Source: Pseudomonadota bacterium
GTDB taxonomy: Bacteria > Desulfobacterota > Desulfobulbia > Desulfobulbales > SURF-16
Assembly: GCA_030597865.1 (NCBI GenBank)
Contig: JAUVQZ010000002.1
Span: forward strand, 1 to 45,526
DNA: 45,526 bases
Reading direction: 5' to 3'
Shown here piece by piece: positions 21,136 to 28,418 of the stretch. A program made the position numbers and the translations under genes. The notes beneath the pieces are model-generated. The model worked only from the letters and a program-made list of their open reading frames with translations. It ran no database searches and was not told where the DNA came from. Every line of letters begins with the position of its first letter. Positions within the stretch are counted from its first letter, which is position 1.

Positions 21136-21270
21136 AATCTCCCTAGAACTTAATTTTAATCCCCAGAAAAAATTCTTCACACACTGAGAACCTTATACAA
21201 GTGTCGGATGTTCCGGGATCCGGGTCAATTTTTTTCTCATCATGGGCGTGCAACCAGTCAGCAGGGGGAA

Positions 21271-22281
21271 TCAGCGGCTCAAGAACTCTTCCGCCTCATC
21301 AACATCGAGCTTGCTGCCGATAATGAGCGGCACCCGCTGATGGAGATCCTCCGGCTCAATATCAAGGATATTGCGGCCATCATCGGTGATGGCCCGGCCG
21401 CCAGCCTGCTCAATGAGCATGGCCAGGGGAGAGGCCTCATAGAGCAGGCGCAATTTACCATGGGGTTTACTGGTATCCTTACTATCGCGGGGATAGGCAA
21501 AGATACCACCGGTGATCAGGTTGCGATGGAAATCAGCCACCAGGGAACCAATATACCTGGAGCTGTATGGCCGCCCCTTGCCCTTGTCCGGCTGGTTGAT
21601 CATCTCAAAAAACGCCCTGACGTTGTCCTGCCAAAAGGGCTGATTATAGCTGTTGACACTGACATACCTGGCCCGCTCAGAGGTTCTGATATCGGCATGG
21701 GAGAGATAAAACTCCCCGACACTGGGGTCCAGGGTAAAGCCATGGACACCGTCACCGGTGGTGAAAACCAGCATGGTGGACGAGCCATACAGGATGTAGC
21801 CTGCCGCCACCTGCTCACGGCCGGCCTGGAGCAGGTCGCCTATATCGCCCTGCCCCTCCTTGGAGAGACGGCGGTGGACGGAAAAGATGGTGCCGATGCT
21901 GACATTGACATCAATATTGGAAGAACCGTCCAGAGGATCAAAGGCCAGGGTATATTTGCCCTCATAGCCCTCCTCCACCGGGATAATGTCGTCCTCCTCC
22001 TCGGAGGTCATCACGCAGAGATAGCCGGAACGGGCCATCCTTCTTACAATGGTGCGATTGGCAAACTCATCCAGCTTCTGGACCTCTTCGCCCTGGATAT
22101 TCGTCTTACCGGACATGCCGAGGATATCAGCAAGGCCGGCCATATTCACCTCGGCGGAGATAGTCTTACCGGCAACAATGAGCTCATTGAGCAGGCCGGA
22201 AAGATCACCTGTGGCCTCTGGATGCAGGCGTTGACTATCAACAATATGTCTATGGACAGTTACTCCAAGTGGTCTTCTCAT
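21271..22281 (-). CDS. fbp: class 1 fructose-1,6-bisphosphatase
   Basis: The 336-aa ORF contains ...GEEVQKLDEFAN..., SEEEDD, FDPLDGSSNIDVN, GSSTMLV and YPRDSKDTSKPHGKLRLLYEASPLA. Confidence 0.95.
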   Translation of the reverse strand: MRRPLGVTVHRHIVDSQRLHPEATGDLSGLLNELIVAGKTISAEVNMAGLADILGMSGKTNIQGEEVQKLDEFANRTIVRRMARSGYLCVMTSEEEDDIIPVEEGYEGKYTLAFDPLDGSSNIDVNVSIGTIFSVHRRLSKEGQGDIGDLLQAGREQVAAGYILYGSSTMLVFTTGDGVHGFTLDPSVGEFYLSHADIRTSERARYVSVNSYNQPFWQDNVRAFFEMINQPDKGKGRPYSSRYIGSLVADFHRNLITGGIFAYPRDSKDTSKPHGKLRLLYEASPLAMLIEQAGGRAITDDGRNILDIEPEDLHQRVPLIIGSKLDVDEAEEFLSR

Positions 22282-22507
22282 CTACGTTCTATCTCCATCT
22301 TCTCATCCGAATAAATCTTCAAGGCCATACCAAGGGCCAACCATTGCTGCAAAAACCCGCCAGGGCATACGGGTGGCCATGACCAAAACACCTATTAGCT
22401 TCCTGTGACACCCTATTGAAATCACTAAAAGTTCCCTGTGCAACTACTTTTTTGTTTTAACAGTTTTTCAAAGAAGTGACAAAGCTGTAGAATGTCAGAA
22501 TACCATC

Positions 22508-23809
22508 ATGATCAGAGACCCCGAGCCCAAAAAAAAATCAACCAAGCATCTGCCCGCCGGTGATGTGCGCAGTTATGTCAGGGTGCTGCGCCGCAACCCC
22601 CACTTTAGGCGTCTCTGGCTTGCCGGGGTTATCAGCCATATCGGCAACTGGTTTAACTATATCGGCATCTTTGTCCTGTTAAACGAATACACCGGTTCCG
22701 GGCAGGCGGTGAGCTGGTTTCTCATTGCCAAGTTCTTGCCCTCTTTTCTATGGGGACCGGTTGCCGGCGTCATTGCTGACCGCTTGCCGCGCAAGATGAT
22801 CATGATTGCCGGTGATCTTAGCCGGGCCCTCATTGTGCTCGGTTTTCTCTATGTTGATGATGCCAGCCGCCTCTGGCTCATCTATGTCCTGGCCCTGGCC
22901 CAGGAAACCGTCTGGACATTCACGGATCCGGCCCGGCGGGCCTCCATCCCCAATCTCTGTGCCAGGGAGGAGCTCAAGGTTGCCAATAGCCTCAACGGCG
23001 CAACCTGGTCTGTTATGCTGGGGGTGGGAGCTGCCCTGGGGGGCTATGTTTCCGCCCGTTTTGGCTGGCAGACCGCTATTATTGTCGATGCGGCAACCTT
23101 TATTGTTTCGGCCGCCCTGTTGACCGCCCTGCCCCTGCCCCACCGGCCCCGGGAGAAACAACCGGTAAAAACATGGTCAACCATGCTGGGCCTCACCGAC
23201 CTCAAGGAGGGCTGGAGTTACATTATCCACCACCCAAAGACAGCCCGCCTCATGCTGGTGAAAAGCGGCTGGGCCATGGCCGGTGGTATTTTGGTCATGC
23301 TCACCATTTTTGGCGAACAAATTTTCGGGGGGGAGGGCGGCGGCAAGAGCGGCGTGCTCTACTCAGCGCGTGGCGCCGGCGCCGCCCTTGGCCCTTTAAT
23401 GGCCTGGAATATATTTGGCGAGGAAAAAAAAGATATGACACGGGCCATCGGCTTTGGCTTCTTCATGGCTGCCGCATCCTATCTCTGCTTCAGCCAGGCC
23501 ACCTCACTCTGGCTGGCAGCGCTCTTTGTCTTCTCTGCCCATCTTGGCGGCTCCGTCCAATGGGTCTTCTCAACAACACTGCTGCAGGAGATGGTGGAAG
23601 ACCGCTTCCGGGGCCGTGTTTTCGCAGCGGAGATGGCTCTTGTCACCCTGATTCTGTCCATCTCCACCTGGTTCACCGGCTTTGTCCTTGACCTGGGGGT
23701 GGCGCCCCGTCTGGTCACTGCCGGGCTGGCAACCTGCTTTCTCCTGCCCGGCCTGGTCTGGAGCCTGTCCGAACGCCGTCAATCAGAAGATCCATCAAAA
23801 AAGCAGTAG
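22508..23809 (+). CDS. MFS transporter
   Basis: The 433-aa ORF has about 12 hydrophobic segments and a GVIADRLPRK loop motif. Its 3' end overlaps the convergent maturase gene by 31 nt. Confidence 0.85.
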   Translation: MIRDPEPKKKSTKHLPAGDVRSYVRVLRRNPHFRRLWLAGVISHIGNWFNYIGIFVLLNEYTGSGQAVSWFLIAKFLPSFLWGPVAGVIADRLPRKMIMIAGDLSRALIVLGFLYVDDASRLWLIYVLALAQETVWTFTDPARRASIPNLCAREELKVANSLNGATWSVMLGVGAALGGYVSARFGWQTAIIVDAATFIVSAALLTALPLPHRPREKQPVKTWSTMLGLTDLKEGWSYIIHHPKTARLMLVKSGWAMAGGILVMLTIFGEQIFGGEGGGKSGVLYSARGAGAALGPLMAWNIFGEEKKDMTRAIGFGFFMAAASYLCFSQATSLWLAALFVFSAHLGGSVQWVFSTTLLQEMVEDRFRGRVFAAEMALVTLILSISTWFTGFVLDLGVAPRLVTAGLATCFLLPGLVWSLSERRQSEDPSKKQ

Positions 23810-25365
23810 GGATCCTTCTCAGTAAAGACATCCAGGCCCATGCCATGGCTTACGGCCAGGCAACCGCCACAGACAGCCCGTATTTTACAGTCATTGCAGG
23901 CCTGGGATCCTGCCCGGTATTTGCGGGCCGCCTCAGAGTGATAGATCTCCGACAGGGTGCTTTCACAGGTATTACCGATGTGGGACGGAAACTTACGGCA
24001 GGCATGGACCTCGCCCTCGGCCAGAAGCGACAGAAAATTGAAGGCCGCCCCACAGCCATAGCCCGTACAACCGCCAAACAGCTCCCTGCCATCTTTGGCA
24101 AACAAGGTGTTTAGATGATTGTCCTTGAGCCCCATACAGGGATTGGCCAGGGAGGCCTCATAATAGCGACGCAGGAACCCCCCATAGCCCTTGGTGGGCG
24201 CCGACAGGAGCTGGGCACCTTCGCCCACCATGGCCAGCCGATTGAAATTAAAGAGATCAACCTTGCCCCTGAGAACCTCGGCCAGGGGCAAAACCTGCTC
24301 CTGGTTCTCCCTGGTCAGGGTCAGCATGACCATGGAATAGATGCCCAGGTCCTTTAAAATGGCCAGAAACTCGATGGTCCGTCTAAAATGACCGGCACCA
24401 CGGATATGGTCATTATGCTCGGAAAGACCCTCCAGGCTGACCTGGTAAAATTCAAGGGGCTGGATGGCCTGCAACTCCTCAAGGCTCTCCCTTGGCGCAG
24501 GATTACCAAGAATCGCCAACTGAAAACCACGGGCAGAGGCGGCCTGGTAGAGTTCGCTAAAACGGGGATAGAGCAAAGGATTGCCACCGGTAAAGGTCAC
24601 CTGACCATAGACATGGTGCTCCCGGCAGAAGGCCCGGAAATCATCAAGAATGGTGAGTGCCTGGTCATATGCGACGGCCGTGCGGCTCGTCCGGTCGTAG
24701 CAATGTTTGCAGTGGAGATCACAGGCCTGGGTAATATGCCATTGCAGGGTAAAGGCCGATGAGGAGAGATACCTCTTGGCCGTGACATCATTTGCCTTAA
24801 AAACAGAGGGATCCCGGCGGATGGTGGTTTCCGGGACCAGGATGTACTCCTCGTCTTCAGCCCGTTCCAGGATACGGTCCAGATAGGCCAGGGTCACCCC
24901 ATGCTCGACAGCCGCCTGGGCCAGGTCAACATCCTCTTCAACAAGCTTTAAGGCCAGAAGATCCTGGGGGCCGGCATTTTTATAGCGCACCGCGCCACTG
25001 GCAAGGCGCCAGACCAATACCAGCTGTTCGCCCGGCCTGCCCTCCTCATCCCGGCCGGCCAGGATGGGGGCAAGATTCTGCCAGGGAAACTGGGCAAGTC
25101 GAAGGGTGGGATTAACAATGCCCCTTTCAACAGGGGGGGCCGGATCCACCTCAAGCCGTTCCACCTCCGCCACCAGCTCCTCAAGGCGGGCAAGATCGGG
25201 GAGAAAGGGGGGCAGGTGGAAATCTTTCACATGGCTGGCCAACCAGTCGGCCATGCCAAGGGATGGCCGCTTATCATTGGCCCGGAGGGATTGGGCAAGA
25301 ATTGCCTGGGAACGTGGGTAATCGGAAATCATCTCTATGGGTACCACCTGGATCTGATCCTTCAA
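23779..25365 (-). CDS. sbtM: radical SAM/SPASM-domain peptide maturase, SbtM-like (thio(seleno)oxazole-forming family)
   Basis: The sequence has a CDLHCKHCY (CxxxCxxC) SAM cluster and a Cys-rich SPASM C-terminus (CGGCTGYGCG...CRKF...CNDCKIRAVCGGC). A ~200-aa N-terminal extension precedes the radical SAM core. The gene lies directly downstream of a Sec-encoding peptide gene. The start is uncertain among TTG 25365, GTG 25347 and ATG 25332, because a terminator T-run abuts 25365. Confidence 0.78.
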   Translation of the reverse strand: MKDQIQVVPIEMISDYPRSQAILAQSLRANDKRPSLGMADWLASHVKDFHLPPFLPDLARLEELVAEVERLEVDPAPPVERGIVNPTLRLAQFPWQNLAPILAGRDEEGRPGEQLVLVWRLASGAVRYKNAGPQDLLALKLVEEDVDLAQAAVEHGVTLAYLDRILERAEDEEYILVPETTIRRDPSVFKANDVTAKRYLSSSAFTLQWHITQACDLHCKHCYDRTSRTAVAYDQALTILDDFRAFCREHHVYGQVTFTGGNPLLYPRFSELYQAASARGFQLAILGNPAPRESLEELQAIQPLEFYQVSLEGLSEHNDHIRGAGHFRRTIEFLAILKDLGIYSMVMLTLTRENQEQVLPLAEVLRGKVDLFNFNRLAMVGEGAQLLSAPTKGYGGFLRRYYEASLANPCMGLKDNHLNTLFAKDGRELFGGCTGYGCGAAFNFLSLLAEGEVHACRKFPSHIGNTCESTLSEIYHSEAARKYRAGSQACNDCKIRAVCGGCLAVSHGMGLDVFTEKDPYCFFDGSSD

Positions 25366-25367
25366 CG

Positions 25368-25407
25368 ATAAAAAAAATCGGGTTTACCGCCAGCTCCGGT
25401 AAACCCG
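25368..25407 (-). terminator. intrinsic terminator/attenuator between the precursor-peptide gene and the maturase gene
   Basis: On the minus strand, CGGGTTTACC (25407-25398) pairs with GGTAAACCCG (25388-25379) across a 9-nt loop. ATTTTTTTTAT (25378-25368) follows. Confidence 0.7.
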
Positions 25408-25478
25408 ATACAAATCATGAAGGTGCAACCTGCACCTTGCAGTAGAAATCCTGTCGGCAATGGCTGCCAGAAAGACTC

Positions 25479-25847
25479 CTACTTTTGGCTGCCTCAGCTG
25501 GAACCTGCAGCACCCTTCTTTTTCTCGACACTCCCGGTGTCGGGATGGGCGCCTCAGCTTGAGCCTGCTGCATCTTTTTTCTTTTCGACACTCCCGGTGT
25601 CGCCTTTTGTACCACCTCAGCTGGAGGCGGCTGGATCAGCCTTTTTATCAGTGCTCACGGCACTGTCTTTTGTCCCGCCTCAGCTGGATCCTGTCTGATG
25701 CTGCCCCTTGTCGGCGCCACCTGCGCCGGTTTTAGGAGGGCCTCAACTACTACCTGCATGGGCCCCGGGAACAGCAACTCCTGCTCCGGCAATGAGTCCG
25801 GCCAGACCGAACCGTGCCAAAGTTTTCTTGAGTTCCTTGACTTCCAC
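25479..25847 (-). CDS. tandem-repeat peptide with five in-frame UGA (selenocysteine) codons; SbtA-like RiPP precursor candidate
   Basis: GTG 25847 lies 6 nt after GGAGGAGG (25861-25854). The frame reads MEVKELKKTLARFGLAGLIAGAGVAVPGAHAGSS U GPPKTGAGGADKGQHQTGSS U GGTKDSAVSTDKKADPAASS U GGTKGDTGSVEKKKDAAGSS U GAHPDTGSVEKKKGAAGSS U GSQK, then TAG (25481-25479). The TGA codons are at 25745-25743, 25682-25680, 25619-25617, 25556-25554 and 25496-25494. The first four each have a downstream SECIS-like hairpin. If the fifth TGA is the true stop, the CDS is 25494..25847. Confidence 0.72.
25526..25542 (-). promoter_or_regulatory. SECIS-like hairpin 4
   Basis: Minus-strand CGACAC-CGGGA-GUGUCG begins 11 nt after UGA 4. 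Confidence 0.65.
25586..25602 (-). promoter_or_regulatory. SECIS-like hairpin 3
   Basis: Minus-strand CGACAC-CGGGA-GUGUCG begins 14 nt after UGA 3. Confidence 0.65.
25649..25665 (-). promoter_or_regulatory. SECIS-like hairpin 2
   Basis: Minus-strand CAGUGC-CGUGA-GCACUG begins 14 nt after UGA 2. Confidence 0.65.
25712..25728 (-). promoter_or_regulatory. SECIS-like hairpin 1
   Basis: Minus-strand CGGCGC-AGGUG-GCGCCG begins 14 nt after UGA 1. Confidence 0.65.
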
Positions 25848-25985
25848 GACGTTCCTCCTCCACAAAGGATTTTGTGAGATGCAGAGATTGCAGGGAAACA
25901 ACCTCCACCCATGGTGACAGAAATCAGTATGTCATAACCCATCAGCTTTTTCCACCTGCTTTTATGAACAGATAGAATTTTCCTA

Positions 25986-26849
25986 TCAGTTGCCCTGTAA
26001 AGCCAAAACCCCCTGCCACCTGTCCACCTTGCCCTGGTAAACCACAGCCTCCTCAACACGGCCATGCCTGCGGCACCCCTTCCCATAGATGGTTGCCTTT
26101 CTGACAATCTCGTTGGCCAGGGCCAGACGTTGCCGGCCCGAGCAAGACACCAGGCCGGCAACCTTTTCCATGGCCCGGATCCGGAAACGATCCATCCCCA
26201 CCCGGTAGACAGAGGAGACCTGGTCCTCACGGCCCCCCTGTTTATAGGTAAGGGGCTCATCAATTTTCAAAAAAGGATGGCAGATACTGGCCCGCAGCCA
26301 GAGTTCATAATCCTCGCAGCAGGGAAATGATTCATCAAAGAGGCCCACCTGGTCAAAAAAATGCCGCCGGGCCATGACGGTTGACATGCCCACGCAGCAA
26401 AGGGGCAAACAGTGCTCAAAGATATCGCCGCCAGGCCGGGCATGTTTGTTCTTCTGGTTTAAAAAGGCGCCGCGCCGGAACCAGATCTCATCGGTATGAC
26501 TAATCAGAAAATCAGGCTGCCCTGCCATGGCCCGAGCCTGGGTGACCAGTTTACTTTCATGCCACCAGTCATCGGAATCAAGAAAGGCCAGCAGGCCATG
26601 GCTGGCCTCCTGGATTCCGAGGTTTCTGGCCGCTGACGGCCCTTTATTTTTCTGGCCTATGGCGCGGATTTTTCTGCCATAGGAGTGCAGGACCCGGGGG
26701 GTATCATCGCTGGAACCGTCATCGATCACCAGCAGCTCAAAATCAACCCCAACCTGGGTCAGCACCGAATCAATGGCCTTTTCCAGCAAGCCACCAGCCC
26801 TATTATGGGTGGGAATAATAACAGAGACAGACTCCAGCTTCTCCATCAT
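25986..26849 (-). CDS. family 2 glycosyltransferase
   Basis: The 287-aa ORF has the GT-A signature VSVIIPTHNRAG...LLVIDDGSSDDT...FLDSDDWW. Its ATG overlaps the birA stop (ATGA). Confidence 0.88.
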   Translation of the reverse strand: MMEKLESVSVIIPTHNRAGGLLEKAIDSVLTQVGVDFELLVIDDGSSDDTPRVLHSYGRKIRAIGQKNKGPSAARNLGIQEASHGLLAFLDSDDWWHESKLVTQARAMAGQPDFLISHTDEIWFRRGAFLNQKNKHARPGGDIFEHCLPLCCVGMSTVMARRHFFDQVGLFDESFPCCEDYELWLRASICHPFLKIDEPLTYKQGGREDQVSSVYRVGMDRFRIRAMEKVAGLVSCSGRQRLALANEIVRKATIYGKGCRRHGRVEEAVVYQGKVDRWQGVLALQGN

Positions 26850-27754
26850 CAGGGGTCCAGATAGATGAGTTCACCGCCGTGCTCGACAATATCCACCCCA
26901 TCTTGAAGATGGTGCAGGACAATACCGCCGTCAGCGCAGATGGCCTTCACCGTGGCAGTGTACTGGGGGTTATTCTGGACATCGAAACCAAAGGAGACCC
27001 TCTGGCCGCAACTCTTGCACAGGGCACGATAGGAGGCCATGAAGGAGCCATGATCCCCCTCAACCTCTTCCTCCCCATAGGTGAGAAGACCTATATTCCA
27101 GCGCAGCTTGGCCAGGAGATCCAAGGCCACCCCATGGAGGTCAAAAGCATGGCCAGCACAGGTCTTCATACTGGTGGCAAGGGAGGTCAAATCTTCAGGA
27201 AACTGTGTATTGTTGACGTTAAGACCTATGCCCACCAGGATAAACTCCTCCGACGACTCCTGGCAGATAAAGGTCTCGCTGAGAATTCCGCAGATCTTCT
27301 TACCACCCACCAGGACATCGTTCACCCATTTCAGCTCACCATCAAGGCCGAACTGCCTGACAGTTTGACAGGCACTGACCCCGGCGGCCAGGGGCAAGAG
27401 CCGGGTGGTCTGGGGCAGCCACTGGTTAAACAGGGCAACCACCAACCAGAGACCGCCCTCAGGGGCATGCCAGGGGCGCCTGAAACGACCTTTGCCGCCG
27501 GTCAGGGTCTGGGCAAACAACACCGAGCCACTGGCAAAACTACGGCCCTCACGGGCGGCCAGGCGTATATGATTACGCGCCTCATCCATGGCGCGCGGCA
27601 GGCTGGGGTACTGCTTGATATGGGAGGCAACAATGGCCCCATAGCGGAAGATATCGCCGGGGGGGAAGGGAGAACCAGCAGAACGCCGGTCCATTTCTGT
27701 CTGGGCTATATAGGAGGTAAGGAGATCCGGAGAGGGGAAAGGAGCTACTCCCAT
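26849..27754 (-). CDS. birA: biotin--[acetyl-CoA-carboxylase] ligase
   Basis: The 301-aa ORF has the biotin-ligase motif TGGKGRFRRPWHAPEGGLWL. The start overlaps the upstream BCCP-like gene by 10 nt. Confidence 0.85.
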   Translation of the reverse strand: MGVAPFPSPDLLTSYIAQTEMDRRSAGSPFPPGDIFRYGAIVASHIKQYPSLPRAMDEARNHIRLAAREGRSFASGSVLFAQTLTGGKGRFRRPWHAPEGGLWLVVALFNQWLPQTTRLLPLAAGVSACQTVRQFGLDGELKWVNDVLVGGKKICGILSETFICQESSEEFILVGIGLNVNNTQFPEDLTSLATSMKTCAGHAFDLHGVALDLLAKLRWNIGLLTYGEEEVEGDHGSFMASYRALCKSCGQRVSFGFDVQNNPQYTATVKAICADGGIVLHHLQDGVDIVEHGGELIYLDP

Positions 27755-28398
27755 TCCGCCTTGACCCGGGTGATAATTTTTTCAACAAGGGGGAGAATCT
27801 CCGGCGGGCAGATTCCCACCAGGGGGTCACCCTGGTCAACACTCTGCCCCGAGGAGAAATAAACCGAATGAATAATACCGGTCTCACCCTCGTAATACAC
27901 CGGAGTATCACGCTTCATGAGTGACATGGTGAGAAGTTCATCACCGGCCTTCACATTCACCGAACGCTGACCGAACTTTTCGATACGGTTCTGGATATCC
28001 AAGGCAAAATAATACTTGGCCTTTTCCGGGGCCTTGAAGGGCACAAGGACCTCACGGAGGATGCGTTCGATGATCTCCCTCTTCTTTAAGGGATGGCGGA
28101 TGGTCATGATCTTCTCACCCGCCTCGACAAACTTCCCATCAAGATCAGAACGGAGGAAAGAAACCTCACCATTGGCCTCTGAAAAGATCGCCTTTTTATT
28201 GCGCTCCCTTGTCAGCTCAAAGAGCAGGGTACCCTTGATATGATGAAACTCTCCAGTTGTTCCCTCAACCTTGCCACCCTCACGGACATTAAACTGGATC
28301 GTACCGCTGTGCTTGCTGAGGATATCCTCATAGGCAAAAGGATCCTGCCTGTACTGGCTTAATATGGTGTCGTAATCTATTTCATTTTGCATGGACAT
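27745..28398 (-). CDS. biotin/lipoyl-attachment (BCCP-like) protein, atypical 217-aa form
   Basis: The C-terminal hybrid-barrel motif VKAGDELLTMSLMKRDTPVYYEGETGIIHSVYF...GDPLVGI carries a candidate biotinyl-Lys in SLMKR. The gene sits between the carboxyltransferase and birA. Confidence 0.7.
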   Translation of the reverse strand: MSMQNEIDYDTILSQYRQDPFAYEDILSKHSGTIQFNVREGGKVEGTTGEFHHIKGTLLFELTRERNKKAIFSEANGEVSFLRSDLDGKFVEAGEKIMTIRHPLKKREIIERILREVLVPFKAPEKAKYYFALDIQNRIEKFGQRSVNVKAGDELLTMSLMKRDTPVYYEGETGIIHSVYFSSGQSVDQGDPLVGICPPEILPLVEKIITRVKAEWE

Positions 28399-28418
28399 AA
28401 CCTAGGAAAACGGCCTGA

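Noticed and set aside
21208-22314. A 368-aa plus-strand ORF.
   Set aside because: It is entirely antisense to the clearly identifiable fbp gene, so it is a shadow ORF of a GC-biased coding region.
25415-25735. Track ORFs in the repeat region (25415..25615 minus, 25417..25698 plus, 25460..25735 plus), including a basic repeat peptide ...TPGVSKRKK...TPGVSRKRR...
   Set aside because: These are alternative-frame readings of the 63-nt repeats. They cover only the two most similar repeats, lack an SD sequence, and do not explain the N-terminal leader, the strong SD at 25861-25854 or the fixed UGA-to-hairpin spacing. The Sec frame accounts for all five repeats.
25494-25745. The ~63-nt periodic repeats with internal palindromes could be a small CRISPR array or a non-coding tandem repeat.
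   Set aside because: The repeat unit is a multiple of 3 and stays in one frame after a start codon with an SD. There is no alternation of conserved repeat and unique spacer, the palindromes covary rather than being identical, and no cas genes are nearby.
25655-26263. A 202-aa minus-strand ORF spanning the GT2 3' end and the peptide-gene 5' region.
   Set aside because: It overlaps the well-supported GT2 gene out of frame. It has odd composition (Trp/Arg/Gly-rich) and no ribosome-binding site at its internal ATG (25940).
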